DNA of 50,182 nt from Chiloscyllium plagiosum (Eukaryota), in NCBI RefSeq assembly GCF_004010195.1, contig NC_057760.1:488408-538589 (forward strand), written 5' to 3'. Position numbers and translations under genes: made by a program. The stretch's first letter is position 1. Every line of letters starts with the position of its first letter. Below are positions 35,723 to 47,516 of the stretch, in pieces. The notes under the pieces are model-generated. The model ran no database searches, was not told the DNA's origin, and saw only the letters and a program-made list of their open reading frames with translations.

Positions 35723-36222
35723 NNNNNNNNNNNNNNNNNNNNNNNNNNNNNNNNNNNNNNNNNNNNNNNNNNNNNNNNNNNNNNNNNNNNNNNNNNNNNN
35801 NNNNNNNNNNNNNNNNNNNNNNNNNNNNNNNNNNNNNNNNNNNNNNNNNNNNNNNNNNNNNNNNNNNNNNNNNNNNNNNNNNNNNNNNNNNNNNNNNNNN
35901 NNNNNNNNNNNNNNNNNNNNNNNNNNNNNNNNNNNNNNNNNNNNNNNNNNNNNNNNNNNNNNNNNNNNNNNNNNNNNNNNNNNNNNNNNNNNNNNNNNNN
36001 NNNNNNNNNNNNNNNNNNNNNNNNNNNNNNNNNNNNNNNNNNNNNNNNNNNNNNNNNNNNNNNNNNNNNNNNNNNNNNNNNNNNNNNNNNNNNNNNNNNN
36101 NNNNNNNNNNNNNNNNNNNNNNNNNNNNNNNNNNNNNNNNNNNNNNNNNNNNNNNNNNNNNNNNNNNNNNNNNNNNNNNNNNNNNNNNNNNNNNNNNNNN
36201 NNNNNNNNNNNNNNNNNNNNNN
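35723..36222. other. Assembly gap of exactly 500 N, probably a fixed-size scaffolding join
   Basis: Round length, unlike the other gaps: 25522-26098 (577), 27383-28273 (891), 35070-35357 (288) and 41848-42184 (337). Confidence 0.85.
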
Positions 36223-36240
36223 CCCGTCCCTCTCACTCAC

Positions 36241-36266
36241 CACACCATCGTACTTTCCAACACCAT
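36241..36266 (-). CDS. PSMD4: PSMD4 (26S proteasome subunit Rpn10/S5a) exon 1, 26 coding nt
   Basis: The minus strand reads ggcaaaATGGTGTTGGAAAGTACGATGGTGTG|gtgagtga = MVLESTMV(C), identical to the PSMD4 N-terminus, and lies in a CpG island. Later exons were not found. Confidence 0.93.
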
Positions 36267-36760
36267 TTTGCCGGGGCCTTCTCTCCAACGGCTGCCCTCT
36301 CCCTGCCACCAGCAACCGCGATTCCCATTGGCCACCGACCCCCGCCCAATCCCGGTCCCCCGTTCCCGCTGGTGGGCGCGACGTTGCTCACGCGCCGCCC
36401 TCTCCCTCGCTACGCCTGCTGGGATGTGTAGTCCGCGCTGACAACCGCGCGCTTGCATCCGCTTCCGGTGGTGGATCCCCCGCTGTGGTCGTTTTCTCTC
36501 AGGTAGCAAAGGATGCCGGGGTTTGTAGTCGCTTCCGGTGCCGGACCCCCAGCTGTTGTAGTTTGTTTTTTAGGCAGAAAGGATGCTGGGTGTAAATCGT
36601 CGTTTCCGGCACCGTCATCCCACGTGTTGTAGTTTCATCGGACGCGAAGGATGCCGGGAGTTGCAGCCACTTCCTGTATCATCATGCCGTGTTGATGTTT
36701 CTTCGGACGCCAAGGATGCCGGGAGTTGTAGTTTTTCTCCCCTAAGCCAGGGGATGACAG
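36267..36760 (-). promoter_or_regulatory. PSMD4 5'UTR/promoter CpG island with CCAAT, ETS and ZNF143/THAP11-type motifs
   Basis: CpG-rich. ATTGG at ~36327 and CCAAT at ~36346; CTTCCGG at ~36462 and ~36532; several (A)ACTACAACTCCCGGCATCC-like motifs on the minus strand (36415-36434, 36509-36530, 36647-36668, 36712-36734). Confidence 0.8.
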
Positions 36761-36837
36761 TGTAGATTGTGAGTTCAAGATAACCAGGTTCAGCACACTC
36801 AAAATGTTAACTCTTTCCCTCCTCATGGGGTTCCCCA

Positions 36838-37940
36838 TGGTAGACTCATTCATAAAGTTAGGAAGGATGGGATACAGGCAGATTTGGCTATCTAGATTCA
36901 GAATTGGCTGGCTGACCAAAGGCAGAGAGTGGCTGTAGATGGAAAACATTCTGCCTGGAGGTCAGTGTTGAGTGGGGTCCCGCAGGGCTCTGTTCTTTGT
37001 AGTTTTTATAATTGATTTAGATGAGGAGGTTGAGGGGTGGGTTAGTACATTTGCAGATGACACACAGGTTGGAGGTGTCGTCGATAGTATGGAGGGCTAT
37101 TGTAGGCTGCAGCGTGACATAGACAGGATGCAGAGCTGGGCTGAGAAATGGCAGATGGAGTTCAACCTGGATAAATGAGCAGTGATGCATTTTGGAAGGA
37201 CGAACTCGAATGCTGAATATAGGATTAAAGACAGGATTCTTGGCAGTGTGGAGGAACAGAAGGATCTAGGTGTGTAAGTACATAGATCCCTCAAAGTTAC
37301 CACCCAAGGGGATATGGTTCTTAAGAAAACATATTGTGATTTGGCTTTCATTAATAGGGGGAATCGAGTTTAAGAGCCGCGAGGTTTTGCTGCAGCTCTA
37401 CAAGTCCCTGGTGAGACCACACTTGGAATATTGTGTCCAGTTCTGGTCACCCTCCTATAAGAAAGATACAGAGACTTTGGAGAGGATGCAAAGAAGGTTT
37501 ACCGGAGGGCTTGCCTTATGAAGAAAAATTGAATAAGCTCGGACTTTTCTCTCTGGAGAGGTGGAGGAAGAGAGGAGACCTGATTGAGTTGTACAAAATA
37601 ATGAGAGAAATAGATAGAGTTAATAGCCAGAGACTTTTCCCCAGGGCAGGATTGACTGGTACAAGAAGTCATAGTTTGAAGATATTAGGAGGAAGGTATA
37701 AAGGAGACGTCAGAGGTAGGTTCTTTACGCAGAGAGTTATGACTGCATGGAATGCATTGCCAGCTATGGTGGTGGAAGCAGAGTCATTGGGGACATTTAA
37801 GTGACTGCTGGACATGCACATGAATAGCAGTGAGTTGAGAGGTGCATAGGTTGTTACTGTATTTTACATTAGGATTAAATCTCCGCACAACATCATGGGC
37901 CAAAGGGCCTGTTCTGTGCTGTACTTTTCTCTGTTCTGTA
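36838..37940 (+). mobile_element. CR1 LINE RT/3' fragment
   Basis: [56 protein letters not shown] and FFTQRV..WNALP. Confidence 0.9.
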
Positions 37941-39094
37941 TTCATCACAGATTCTGAGTTTCTCCAGCACTTTATTGTTAACATCATCCTCACTTTGGGT
38001 GTTAGCCGGTTCAGTGGAGGGGAATATTTAAACTATAATGTAGAGGGCAGGACCTGAGCAAGGGGTTAAAGTTGGAAATAATAGATTTTCAAAAAAGGGG
38101 AAGGCAGAACAAAAATGAAGCTGGATGTAGATTTGTTTTTTTTTTAAAAATGCATTGGCTTCACTGGTTGGGCCAGCATTTACTGTTCTAATTGCCCCTC
38201 GAGAGGGTGGTGATGAGCTGGTTGCTTGAACCACAGCAGTCTGTGCTGTAAGTGCACCCACAATGCCAGTAGGAAGTGGGTTTCTGATTCATCAGCACTG
38301 GTGGGTCATTTCAAACACAACACACCTCTTTGGCTCTTCACAACAGGCAGAATACTGATTGTAGAAAGCCAGTCATGACTTGCAGAAGTCAACATAATGT
38401 CTAACGCTAGATGCGATTCCTTGGCTAGCACTGGTGCAACAAAGTGAACAAATGTCAGAAAGCTACTATTATGAATGCACAGATCAATAGAGCACAAATG
38501 GTTATAAATATGTATGCTGTGATTGAAGGTAGAGACAAAGCTGGGAATGGAACATCATTTAATCTTGAGGAAGGACAGGCACACCAGAAAAAGATGTAGG
38601 GTAGCACTAATAATGCCATGAGAATTAGGATATTGGTGCAGAAAAGCTCAGTGGAACCAGTCTGGCACTAAGGAGGTACAATGGTAGAAAACATTACAAA
38701 TTGTCCCAAGAGTCTCCAAATAGTAATGGCAAGGTTGAGGATCTGTTTAAATAGGAAGCTAGAAATGCATGCGACAAGGGTACTGTAATAATGATGAAGG
38801 GCTTATGCCCAAAATGTTGACTCTTCTGTTCTTCAGATGCTGCCTGATCTGCTGTGCTTTTCCAGCACCACACTTTTCAACTACTGTAATATGGGTCAAT
38901 TCAATCACCATGATAGGCCAAGCAAACCACATTGGCAACAATACTGTGGAGGGATGAATTCCTGAAGTGCAGGAAGTGTTGTTTTTAAGACAGCTAAGAA
39001 CCAACTCAGCAACAGGCAATCCTGGTTTTAGTTTTGTCAAATAAGGAGGGGTTAATTGATTAAAAAAACCTTCTCAATAAGATTAAGGAAATAA

Positions 39095-40690
39095 ACCATA
39101 AGATATAGGAGCAGAATTAGGCCATTTGGCCCATCAAGTCAACCTAATTCTTCTGCTTTCTCCCCATAATCTTTGATGCCCTTACTAGTCAAGAACCTAT
39201 CCTTTTCTAAGTGTGTTTAAGTCAATGCCTTGGCCTCCACAGCCTTCTGCAATACAGTTCCACAGATTCACCACCCTTTGGCTGAAGAGATTCCTCCTCA
39301 TCGGAGTCCTAAAAGAGTAAGAAACAGAAAATAGCAGAAGGCCATTCAGCCCTTTGAGCCTGCACCATCATTCATTATGATCATGACTGTGTCGTGCAAT
39401 TTCAGTACTCCATCCCCACTTTCTCCCCATACCCCTTGAGCCCACGTCCAGCTCCCTCTAACAATCTGCAATCCCCCCCCCCCCCAACACAAACAGCTTT
39501 CTAAGGGAGAGAATTCAACAGGTTCGTAACTCAGTGAAGAATTTTTTCCTTATCTGTCCCAAATGGCTTACTCTTATTCTTAGGCTGTGGCCCATAGTTC
39601 TGAACTTCCCCACTATCAGTACCATTCTTCCTGCATCCAGCCTGTCCAATCCCATCAGGATTTTATATGTTTCTACGAAGTCCCTGCCTCATTCTTCTAC
39701 ATTCGGGGGGAACAAGTCCAGTCGATCTAGTCTTCATGTCAGTCCTGCCATCCTGGGTATCAGTCTGGTGAACCTTTGCTGGACTCCCTCAATTGTAAGC
39801 ATGCCCTCCCTTAGACTAGGAGACCAAAACTGCACACCATACTCAAGGTGTGGCCTCACCAAGCCCCTATATAATTGCAGCAAGACATCCCTACTCCTAT
39901 ACTCAAACCCTCTTGCTATGAAGGCTTTCCTCACTGCCTGCTATACGTGCCTGACAACCCTCCATTAGCTGCTCATTCCATACATACACCACCCTCTAGT
40001 TTTGGACTCCCCTATAGTGGGGGGGGAAGAGAACAACTTGGCTATTCACCCTCTCTGTGCCCCTCATGACTTTATACACTCCTATAAAAGGTTACCCCTC
40101 AGCCTCCGACGCCCTAGGGAAAAGAGCCTCAGCCTATTCAGCCTCTCCCTATAGCTTACTGGCTGATGATGGACTGAGGCATTGGGGAATGGGTGGGAAA
40201 GCAGATCCAAGCATGATCCAACTGAATGATGGAAAAGGTCTGACAGGCCAATTCCTGCTCCTAAGCTGGATGGGCGAGACGACAGTCACGGATAAATCAG
40301 ATCTGGAACTCTGTGGCAATGTCTTCAGCCGGAGCTGGGGAAAATGGAGGGAGTAATTGAGGTGAATGGCAGAGATACATTGAAAGGGGGGGGGGGGGGG
40401 GGGGGAGTTGGATAAACACAAAGGAATAGAAGGATAGGGAAGTGATGGGACAAAAAGGGGGTGGTGCTGTATGGAATGAGCAGCTAATGGAGGGTTGTCA
40501 GGCAGGTATAGCAGGCAGTGAGGAAAGCTAATGGCATGTCAGGCAGGGTATAGCAGGCAGTGAGGAAAGCTAATGGCATGCTGGCCTCCATAGCAAGAGT
40601 GTTTGAGTATAGGAGTAGGGATGTCTTGCTGCAGTTATACAGGGGCTTGGTGAGGCCACACCTTGAGTACGGTGTGCAGTTTTGGAACAC
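39095..40690. mobile_element. Cluster of CR1/L2-group LINE 3' fragments in both orientations
   Basis: [26 protein letters not shown] on the minus strand (39734-39934) and as an inverted copy on the plus strand (40484-40690). Confidence 0.8.
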
Positions 40691-40959
40691 CAGCACAGCC
40701 AATGGACTTTTGCCCAAAATATCGATTTCCCTGCTCCTCGGATGCTGCGCTTTTCCAGCACCCACGCTAATCTTGACTCTGACCTGCAGTCCTCACTTTT
40801 GCCTCATGGAGTGAATGGCCTGTCAGCATGTTGGAGATTCTATGTAATACCGTGAACTGGAAATTTTCAACCCAACCAGTAAAATCTTAAGTCGCGACAG
40901 CCAACCGAAGCAATCCCATCCCTCTCATCCAGTAAAGACAAGTCAGAGACGCGTGTTAG

Positions 40960-43900
40960 GTAAACTCTCCATTTATACACAGATAGATACAAAGTCAATG
41001 GAAAGTTAAGGTATTTAAGTTATCACAAATGCAGGAAATAAAAACACTTCATTGAAACCAGAGACTGGTACAGGCCAAAGCTGCTTTATTCCAGTCCCGG
41101 CTGTACATAATAACGGAAGCACAAAGCAAGCTCAAGACAGGGCCTGCGCCAAATAAGGTACGTGGCATCCATTTTTTCTCTGTGTCACTTGACTGGGGAA
41201 GGGGGGGGGGTGTGGTTTGGCATGGTCAACCCCGTTGCCCCTCCATTCCTCACCTCTATGCTGAAGGCAATGGCAGCAGGCTGCGAGGGGCGTCACAGCT
41301 GATGAGCCCTTGGTGCATTTGTCTGGCACCGAAGATGAAAAGCACAGCCCACCGCCACCACCCAGCTAAAACGAGAGCACGGGTCTTGCTCTGCCAGCAG
41401 CTGGGACCAACCTTCACCACCGACCGACCCACCCTCCCAATCCCAAGCCTGGGAATAAGACAGCATTAAGGCCACCACTTCCACACACCTCCCCATCCCC
41501 CCAAACCCACAAAAAGGCAAAAAAGCCGAAGTGACTGAGAAAGGTCACTTTAGTTGGCACATCTAAAACATGGTACTTATGTTAAAAAAAAATACAAGGC
41601 TCTGAAGCTGGCAAGTGAAAGCATTCTGAATCCGTCTTTTTTTTTTGAAAAAGGAAACAAACTTGCAAGGCTGACACAGCAGCCAGATAATAGAGAAAAC
41701 CTCAAGCATTGCATTCAGGCGTATGTCTGAAGGGAGAGCCTTCAAGACAGTCTACGGCAGATGGCACAGTCGGTACAGTCAAGCATCTTGGCACGACACT
41801 AAACCCTGTGGTTCAGCTTCGGGGGAGGGAGGGAGAAACAGGGGGAGNNNNNNNNNNNNNNNNNNNNNNNNNNNNNNNNNNNNNNNNNNNNNNNNNNNNN
41901 NNNNNNNNNNNNNNNNNNNNNNNNNNNNNNNNNNNNNNNNNNNNNNNNNNNNNNNNNNNNNNNNNNNNNNNNNNNNNNNNNNNNNNNNNNNNNNNNNNNN
42001 NNNNNNNNNNNNNNNNNNNNNNNNNNNNNNNNNNNNNNNNNNNNNNNNNNNNNNNNNNNNNNNNNNNNNNNNNNNNNNNNNNNNNNNNNNNNNNNNNNNN
42101 NNNNNNNNNNNNNNNNNNNNNNNNNNNNNNNNNNNNNNNNNNNNNNNNNNNNNNNNNNNNNNNNNNNNNNNNNNNNNNNNNNNNACTGACAGACAGAGAG
42201 AGAGAGAGAGACAGACAGAGAGACAGAGAGAGAGAGAGAGACAGAGACACAGAGAGAGACAGACAGAGACACAGAGAGAGAGAGAGAAAAACGCAGAGAG
42301 AGAGAGAGAGCCTGTAGGCAAAAGCCAGAGTGCACATTCTCGCATCAGGGCCTGAGGTAGTGCAAACAGTGACCCCCCCCCCCCCTCATAGCCCAGCTCC
42401 TCACGGAGGAGGAACAAAGATGTCACGAGCTGAAGGAGAAGGCAAGCATCTGCAAAGGTGGCAACTCTGCGACAGGGAGCTGACTGAGAGAGAGAAAAAC
42501 GCACAGAGAGAGAGAGAGCCTGTAGGCAAAAGCCAGAGTGCACATTCTCGCATCAGGGCCTGAGGTAGTGCAAACAGTGACCCCCCCCCCCCCTCATAGC
42601 CCAGCTCCTCACGGAGGAGGAACAAAGATGTCACGAGCTGAAGGAGAAGGCAAGCATCTGCAAAGGTGGCAACTCTGCGACAGGGAGCTGACTGAGAAAA
42701 CAATAGTAAAGCAGGAGGCGAAGACAAAACTGGGTTTTTAAACAGCATCTTCGGCCACAGCACAGTCACTGCTAACGTGGGGAATGCTGCAGCAAATGTA
42801 CAAGCAGCAAGCTGCCACAGCCTAGCCATGTGGTACTGACCAGGGAGCAATCCCATGACACTGAGGAAGGAATAGTTAGGGGGGCAGGCTAATCGACTGA
42901 ATGGGGTGTCACAGACACCTCATGGAGGGGTGGGGAAGGAGCAGTTGGCTGAACCAGTCATCGTTAACACAAGTGTTTTGTGCCATTTGGACAAGTATTC
43001 TGGAGTCTGGGAAGAGCGTATCCGACATTGCCCGTGCCCCCTTGGCCCTGGCCCTCCGACAGCGCCCGCGCTGCCAGTGGAAGCGTCATCCCTGGTTTGT
43101 GGGAAGTCTGGAGTACAGAATCCACATCCTCCCTCAGTAGGGGGTCAGAGACAGAGGGGGCAAGCGAGCTAACCACTCGGCTACAACTGAAACGGGAGGA
43201 GGAACACCGTCTGGAAACATGCCCCGTTTACCTCCCTCTGCTACCATTTCTGGTCTGACGGACCACAGCGGCAGCTCACTTGGCACACAGAGGGATAAAC
43301 TCAAAGGATCAGCTGTTTGCTTGCTGTGAGGAGAATGCTGGAATGGAAGCTGGCTCTTCTCATTTCGTCCACTTGACCACAGCATCGTTCAGATGTGGAA
43401 GTGTGGCAGAAGTCAGCACAAGAAGCCAGCCATGTACACTCACTGCTTTAATGTGCAACGTGTCTTCACGGCCAACACACCTTTCTATCCCCCCAGCTTT
43501 CAGACTTTATTTCAAATGGAGGAAAAGCAAATGCGACAAAGAAACAGGTTCTACACAGCGCCCATCAAATACTCGCAGCTCAGAGGGAGGTAGATACAAA
43601 CTAAAGCTCTCTCTACACAGTCCCTCATCAAACCCTCCCAGGATAAGGATAGTGCAACAGTTAAATACAGAGAAAAGCTACCTCTACACTGTCCCAATCT
43701 AACATTACCAGGACAGGGACGAACACAGTAAAGCACTCTCTATACTGTCTCCTCCCATCATGGGCGGCATGGGGTTAGATACAGAGTAAAGCTACCTCTA
43801 CACTGTCTCCCTGTCAAACATTCCCAGGACAGGGACACCGTGGAGTTTGATATCTAAACCAATACCTGTGTTAAATTACCATCAGCTGCAGGGCGGCAGC

Positions 43901-45981
43901 ACAGATTTCAGCACGCACCCTGCACACGTTTATTCAAAGGAAAAGCTCACCCCCTTAATGCAGAGACCGACAGCTCAGGGAGCCCACATGCAGGAAGCCA
44001 GCCTTCTGAGCTGCTGTGCTGATCAACAGGCACTGTTTACCATCTCGGCCCAGGGGACAGGCCAGCTCGCTGCTGTGGGACTTGCTGGAGCTCAGAGAGC
44101 AGAATCCAGGCCGGGCGCAGAGAGCGGGTTATGCTGTCCACCGTTTGTTACCCTCCCCCCACCCAACCACCCCAAGCAGCAGGGGTTCAGGAGAACGCAG
44201 TGTGAAGGACAGAGTGAGACAACCTTGTGAAGCCCTGCTCAGAGTGCAACCTTGCCCCATTCCTGACTGCCTTCGGAAATGAATGAACAAATCACTTCAG
44301 TTATAAAGATACAGTGCTCAAAGAGTTCAAAAAAGTCCTGAGATTACATGCCGAAGGTGACCCACCAGCCTCCCATCCTGTGAATGCTGTTGGTAATCAG
44401 TGCCGGTGAATGGGGGGGGGGGGGGGGGAGAGGAGTCTGATGGGAACCAAATTATCCAAACTCTCATCGGAGTTGTCCACAGTACGGTTTGGGGAAGTGG
44501 GACGAGGTGGCGAGGGGAAAAGATTGCAGGATACATTCGATCCTTTACGTTTTCATGTTCCTCCCCCTCCCACCACCCTGCTCCCAAAGGCAAAGACTCC
44601 CCAGCCTCACCGCCGCAGCACAGATTGTGGGCCAGCAAGCGCAAATACACAGACTCCTCGCTAAATCTGAGGGCAACTTACCCAGGAACCTGGGAACTAC
44701 AAACAAAGCTCTGTTTTTAATCTCACCCACAACGCTCTCCTCCTCGCCACTCACTGAAAGAGATTTACACCGAACCAGCCGGGAAGGAGTGGAGGCTTGA
44801 TTCATCACCTCCTCAAAACTGGGGAAAGGATACACAGAGAGGAGCCGGACACTCACGGCAATTGCCGGTTCCATTTTGGCAACTGCTCGCCCAGCGACAA
44901 TAAAAAGATAACTGGGGTAGAATGTATCCAGTCAGTCCAAGGGGTACAAGCTCCCTGAAAGCGAGTTTGGGGTTGGGGGCATCAGCACTTCAGAGTCATC
45001 AGAAACTGATCTCGCAGCTTTGCACATACAGTCGGAGAATACTGCAGAAAGTCTGTCCACCCCACAGCGGAGGCGTACACACGAGAGTATCTGTAACATT
45101 ATGGCGCATGCACACCGGGGATACCTCTCAATGTCCAGTGCTCTTGTTTTTTTTTTGTCAAAGACTCCCTACTAGTCTTCCTCTGCCCGCTTCCTCCCTT
45201 TGAGGAAGTAGTTTTAAAAAAAAAAGCCACAAGATTGCACGTCTGCGGAAAGCGAGCGTCTTCTTGCTATCCCGAAATTGGGGGAGGGGAGGGGAAAGAG
45301 GTGGAAACAGCTTAAATACATGACATTCATAAATACCAATTCAGGAAAAACACACACAAACACACTCATGCATGTAACAGTTTGTAAAATGTGACAAAAT
45401 TAAAAAAAGGTCCTGGGATACACATTATTAAACAAAAAAAGTAGGAAAATGTAGTGTCTAATATAGACATTTAATCAGGAAGAGGTCATTTGGCGATGGA
45501 TGCCCCAGGAGACAAACAAATCCTGGCTCCATTTTCAATGCACTACAGAGAGGATCAAAATGTTCCTCAGAATCCTTCATCAGCCTCCAAGGAAAAGGTT
45601 TAAATTGTTGTTTAGAGAGAGAGAGATATATATATATGGGTGTATATATTAAAAAGAACAGGCTTGACGGTTTCCCCCTTCTCTCCCCAAAGCTTCCTTG
45701 CCTGGTTTAGCAGTCACGTGGCGATCTGAAGCGGACTCGCGCACGTTAGCAGGTGGAGGTCAAGGTCACTCCGATGGCTGGGGCGGGGACAACGAAAGGC
45801 AGGCAAGAGTCACGGTGGGAGCTTTCACACCCCTCACCTCCCGGTGGATTAAAGCTTCCTCTCAAAATAAACAGCCTCCTTCGTTTGGCGTGGGGCGGTT
45901 TGTCGGGAGTACAGAGCCGACCCAGACAGCGCGTGCGAGAAGACAGGAGACTCCGGATGCAGCATTTACACTCCGTCTAGG
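40960..45981 (-). other. Probable long 3'UTR of the PIP5K1 gene; distal end uncertain
   Basis: Mostly TE-poor unique sequence after the stop, with A/T tracts. AATAAA on the minus strand at 43929-43934, 43506-43511 and 41085-41090. Confidence 0.5.
42281..42696. repeat. Direct tandem duplication with 208-bp period, next to an (AG/AC)n microsatellite and a gap
   Basis: cctgtaggcaaaagcc... begins at 42311 and again at 42519; the copies are nearly identical. Confidence 0.9.
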
Positions 45982-45984
45982 TCA
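45982..45984 (-). CDS. PIP5K1A: Stop codon TGA as the first three bases of the terminal exon of the PIP5K1 gene
   Basis: Acceptor ccttccccctctctctctcctaacag|TGA. Both upstream exons end in phase 0, so either splice gives an immediate stop. Confidence 0.6.
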   Translation of the reverse strand, partial: 

Positions 45985-46734
45985 CTGTTAGGAGAGAGAG
46001 AGGGGGAAGGAGAGAGAGAGAGAGACCATAGTTACACTTTTAGCACAAAGAGCGGTTTTAATTCAGTCTCGCCGTGTGCGTTACAGCTGAAAGCAGCAAC
46101 TACTTTGGCCTTGAATCGGTTGTTCCGTGTGGGAAACCACTGTGGACATTGAGTGGGCGAAAGTGAAGGCTGGAGATCAGAGTTGAGTGTGTGTGTGGTG
46201 CTGGAAAAGCACAGCAGGTCGGGCAGCATCCGAGGAGCAGGCAAATCGACGTTTCAGGCAAGAGCCCTACATTCCTGATGAAGAGCTCATGCCCCAAACA
46301 TCGATTCTTCTGCCCCTAGGATGCTGCCTGACCTGCTGTGCTTTTCCAGCACCACACTCGATTATTGCTCGGGCCGCAACCCCTGCCCCAAACTCTCGTG
46401 TTCAGCTCAGCAATGTTACACCAAAGCAGGTAAAGATAAATTGCAGCTCTAACACCGTTAAAGGCTGTCAAACGCGTCAAGGATGCGCAGGAGGGTGAAC
46501 AGAGCTCTGACAGCGAGCCAAGCAAAGGAAACGTCACAGTAAATGACTGAAAGCTAAGTCAAGGACGTAGGTTGAGGATTGAGGGGTAGAGGGGATTTGG
46601 GAGAGATCTCTGGACTGTACCACTGGCTCATCCACCTCCCAATGAGATTAATTTTGCTCTTTTAAATCACTTTTGTTTTGGGCAGTGACCACTGGTGAGG
46701 GCAGTGGCTTGTGCCAGATCTCTCCCTTGATCAC

Positions 46735-47078
46735 TGGGAAATTTAGCGTGGCCAATCCATCCTAACCTACATATCCCTGGACTCTACAGGGCAATGTAGC
46801 ATGGCCAATCCATCCTAACCTACATATCCCTGGACTCTACAGGGCAATGTAGCATGGCCAATCCACCCTAACCTACACATCCCTGGGCACTATGGGACAA
46901 TGTAGCATGGCCAATCCACCCTAACCTGCACATCCTTGGACTACAGGAGGAGACCGGAGCACCTGGAGGAAACCCACACAGACAAGAGGTTGAGAATGTG
47001 CAAATTCCACCGAGACAATTGCCTGGGTGGGGGGTGCTCTCGTGCTGGAGGGCGGCACTGTTAACCACTGAGCCACCG
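46735..47078 (-). mobile_element. V-SINE with an expanded 53-bp internal unit, in the last PIP5K1 intron
   Basis: Reverse head ggtggctcagtggttaac, V-domain and ~3.5 copies of the internal unit. Confidence 0.8.
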
Positions 47079-47417
47079 AACCTCTTAATACCCAACTCTT
47101 TGAGCAAGCTGAGCTGATATGTTTTACTCTGTGAAAGCTGCTATACGGACTGCAAGTTGCTGCTGTAGGTGCAGATAGTGGAAACTAGCCACACCAATGG
47201 GAAGCCAAACTTCCGAACAAAGGGTGATCTGGTTAGACATTTGGATGGTGGAGGAGGGGCAGACATGTCAAGTCAAAATGGCAACGCCACTCCAAACCAG
47301 CCAGCAATCCTCTGACTAGACTCTCATTTACACACAAGGGAGAAGAGGGTCAAAGCGGATGGGGAGAATGGAGGCGATGTGTCCAATAATGCCGACGGGG
47401 AGCAGACGGGAACTTAC

Positions 47418-47516
47418 TTCACCATCCTTGCCATCAGCAGCCTCCAGAGGCTCTGGCAGACACGGGGGTCGGGGGAGGACAGGCGACGCACAGATCCAAT
47501 ACCTTCCCTCCGAGAA
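47418..47516 (-). CDS. PIP5K1A: 99-nt symmetric (phase 0/0) C-terminal cassette exon of the PIP5K1 gene
   Basis: Branch-like ctaac, acceptor gtgccag| and donor GAA|gtaagt. Encodes FSEGRYWICASPVLPRPPCLPEPLEAADGKDGE, similar to the recalled PIP5K1C splice-tail start FTDGRYWIYSP. Confidence 0.7.

Noticed and set aside
22037..36266. RAB13 and PSMD4 as truncated pseudogenes
   Set aside because: Both first exons, their donors and the PSMD4 promoter are intact; the missing exons are better explained by the scaffolding gap.
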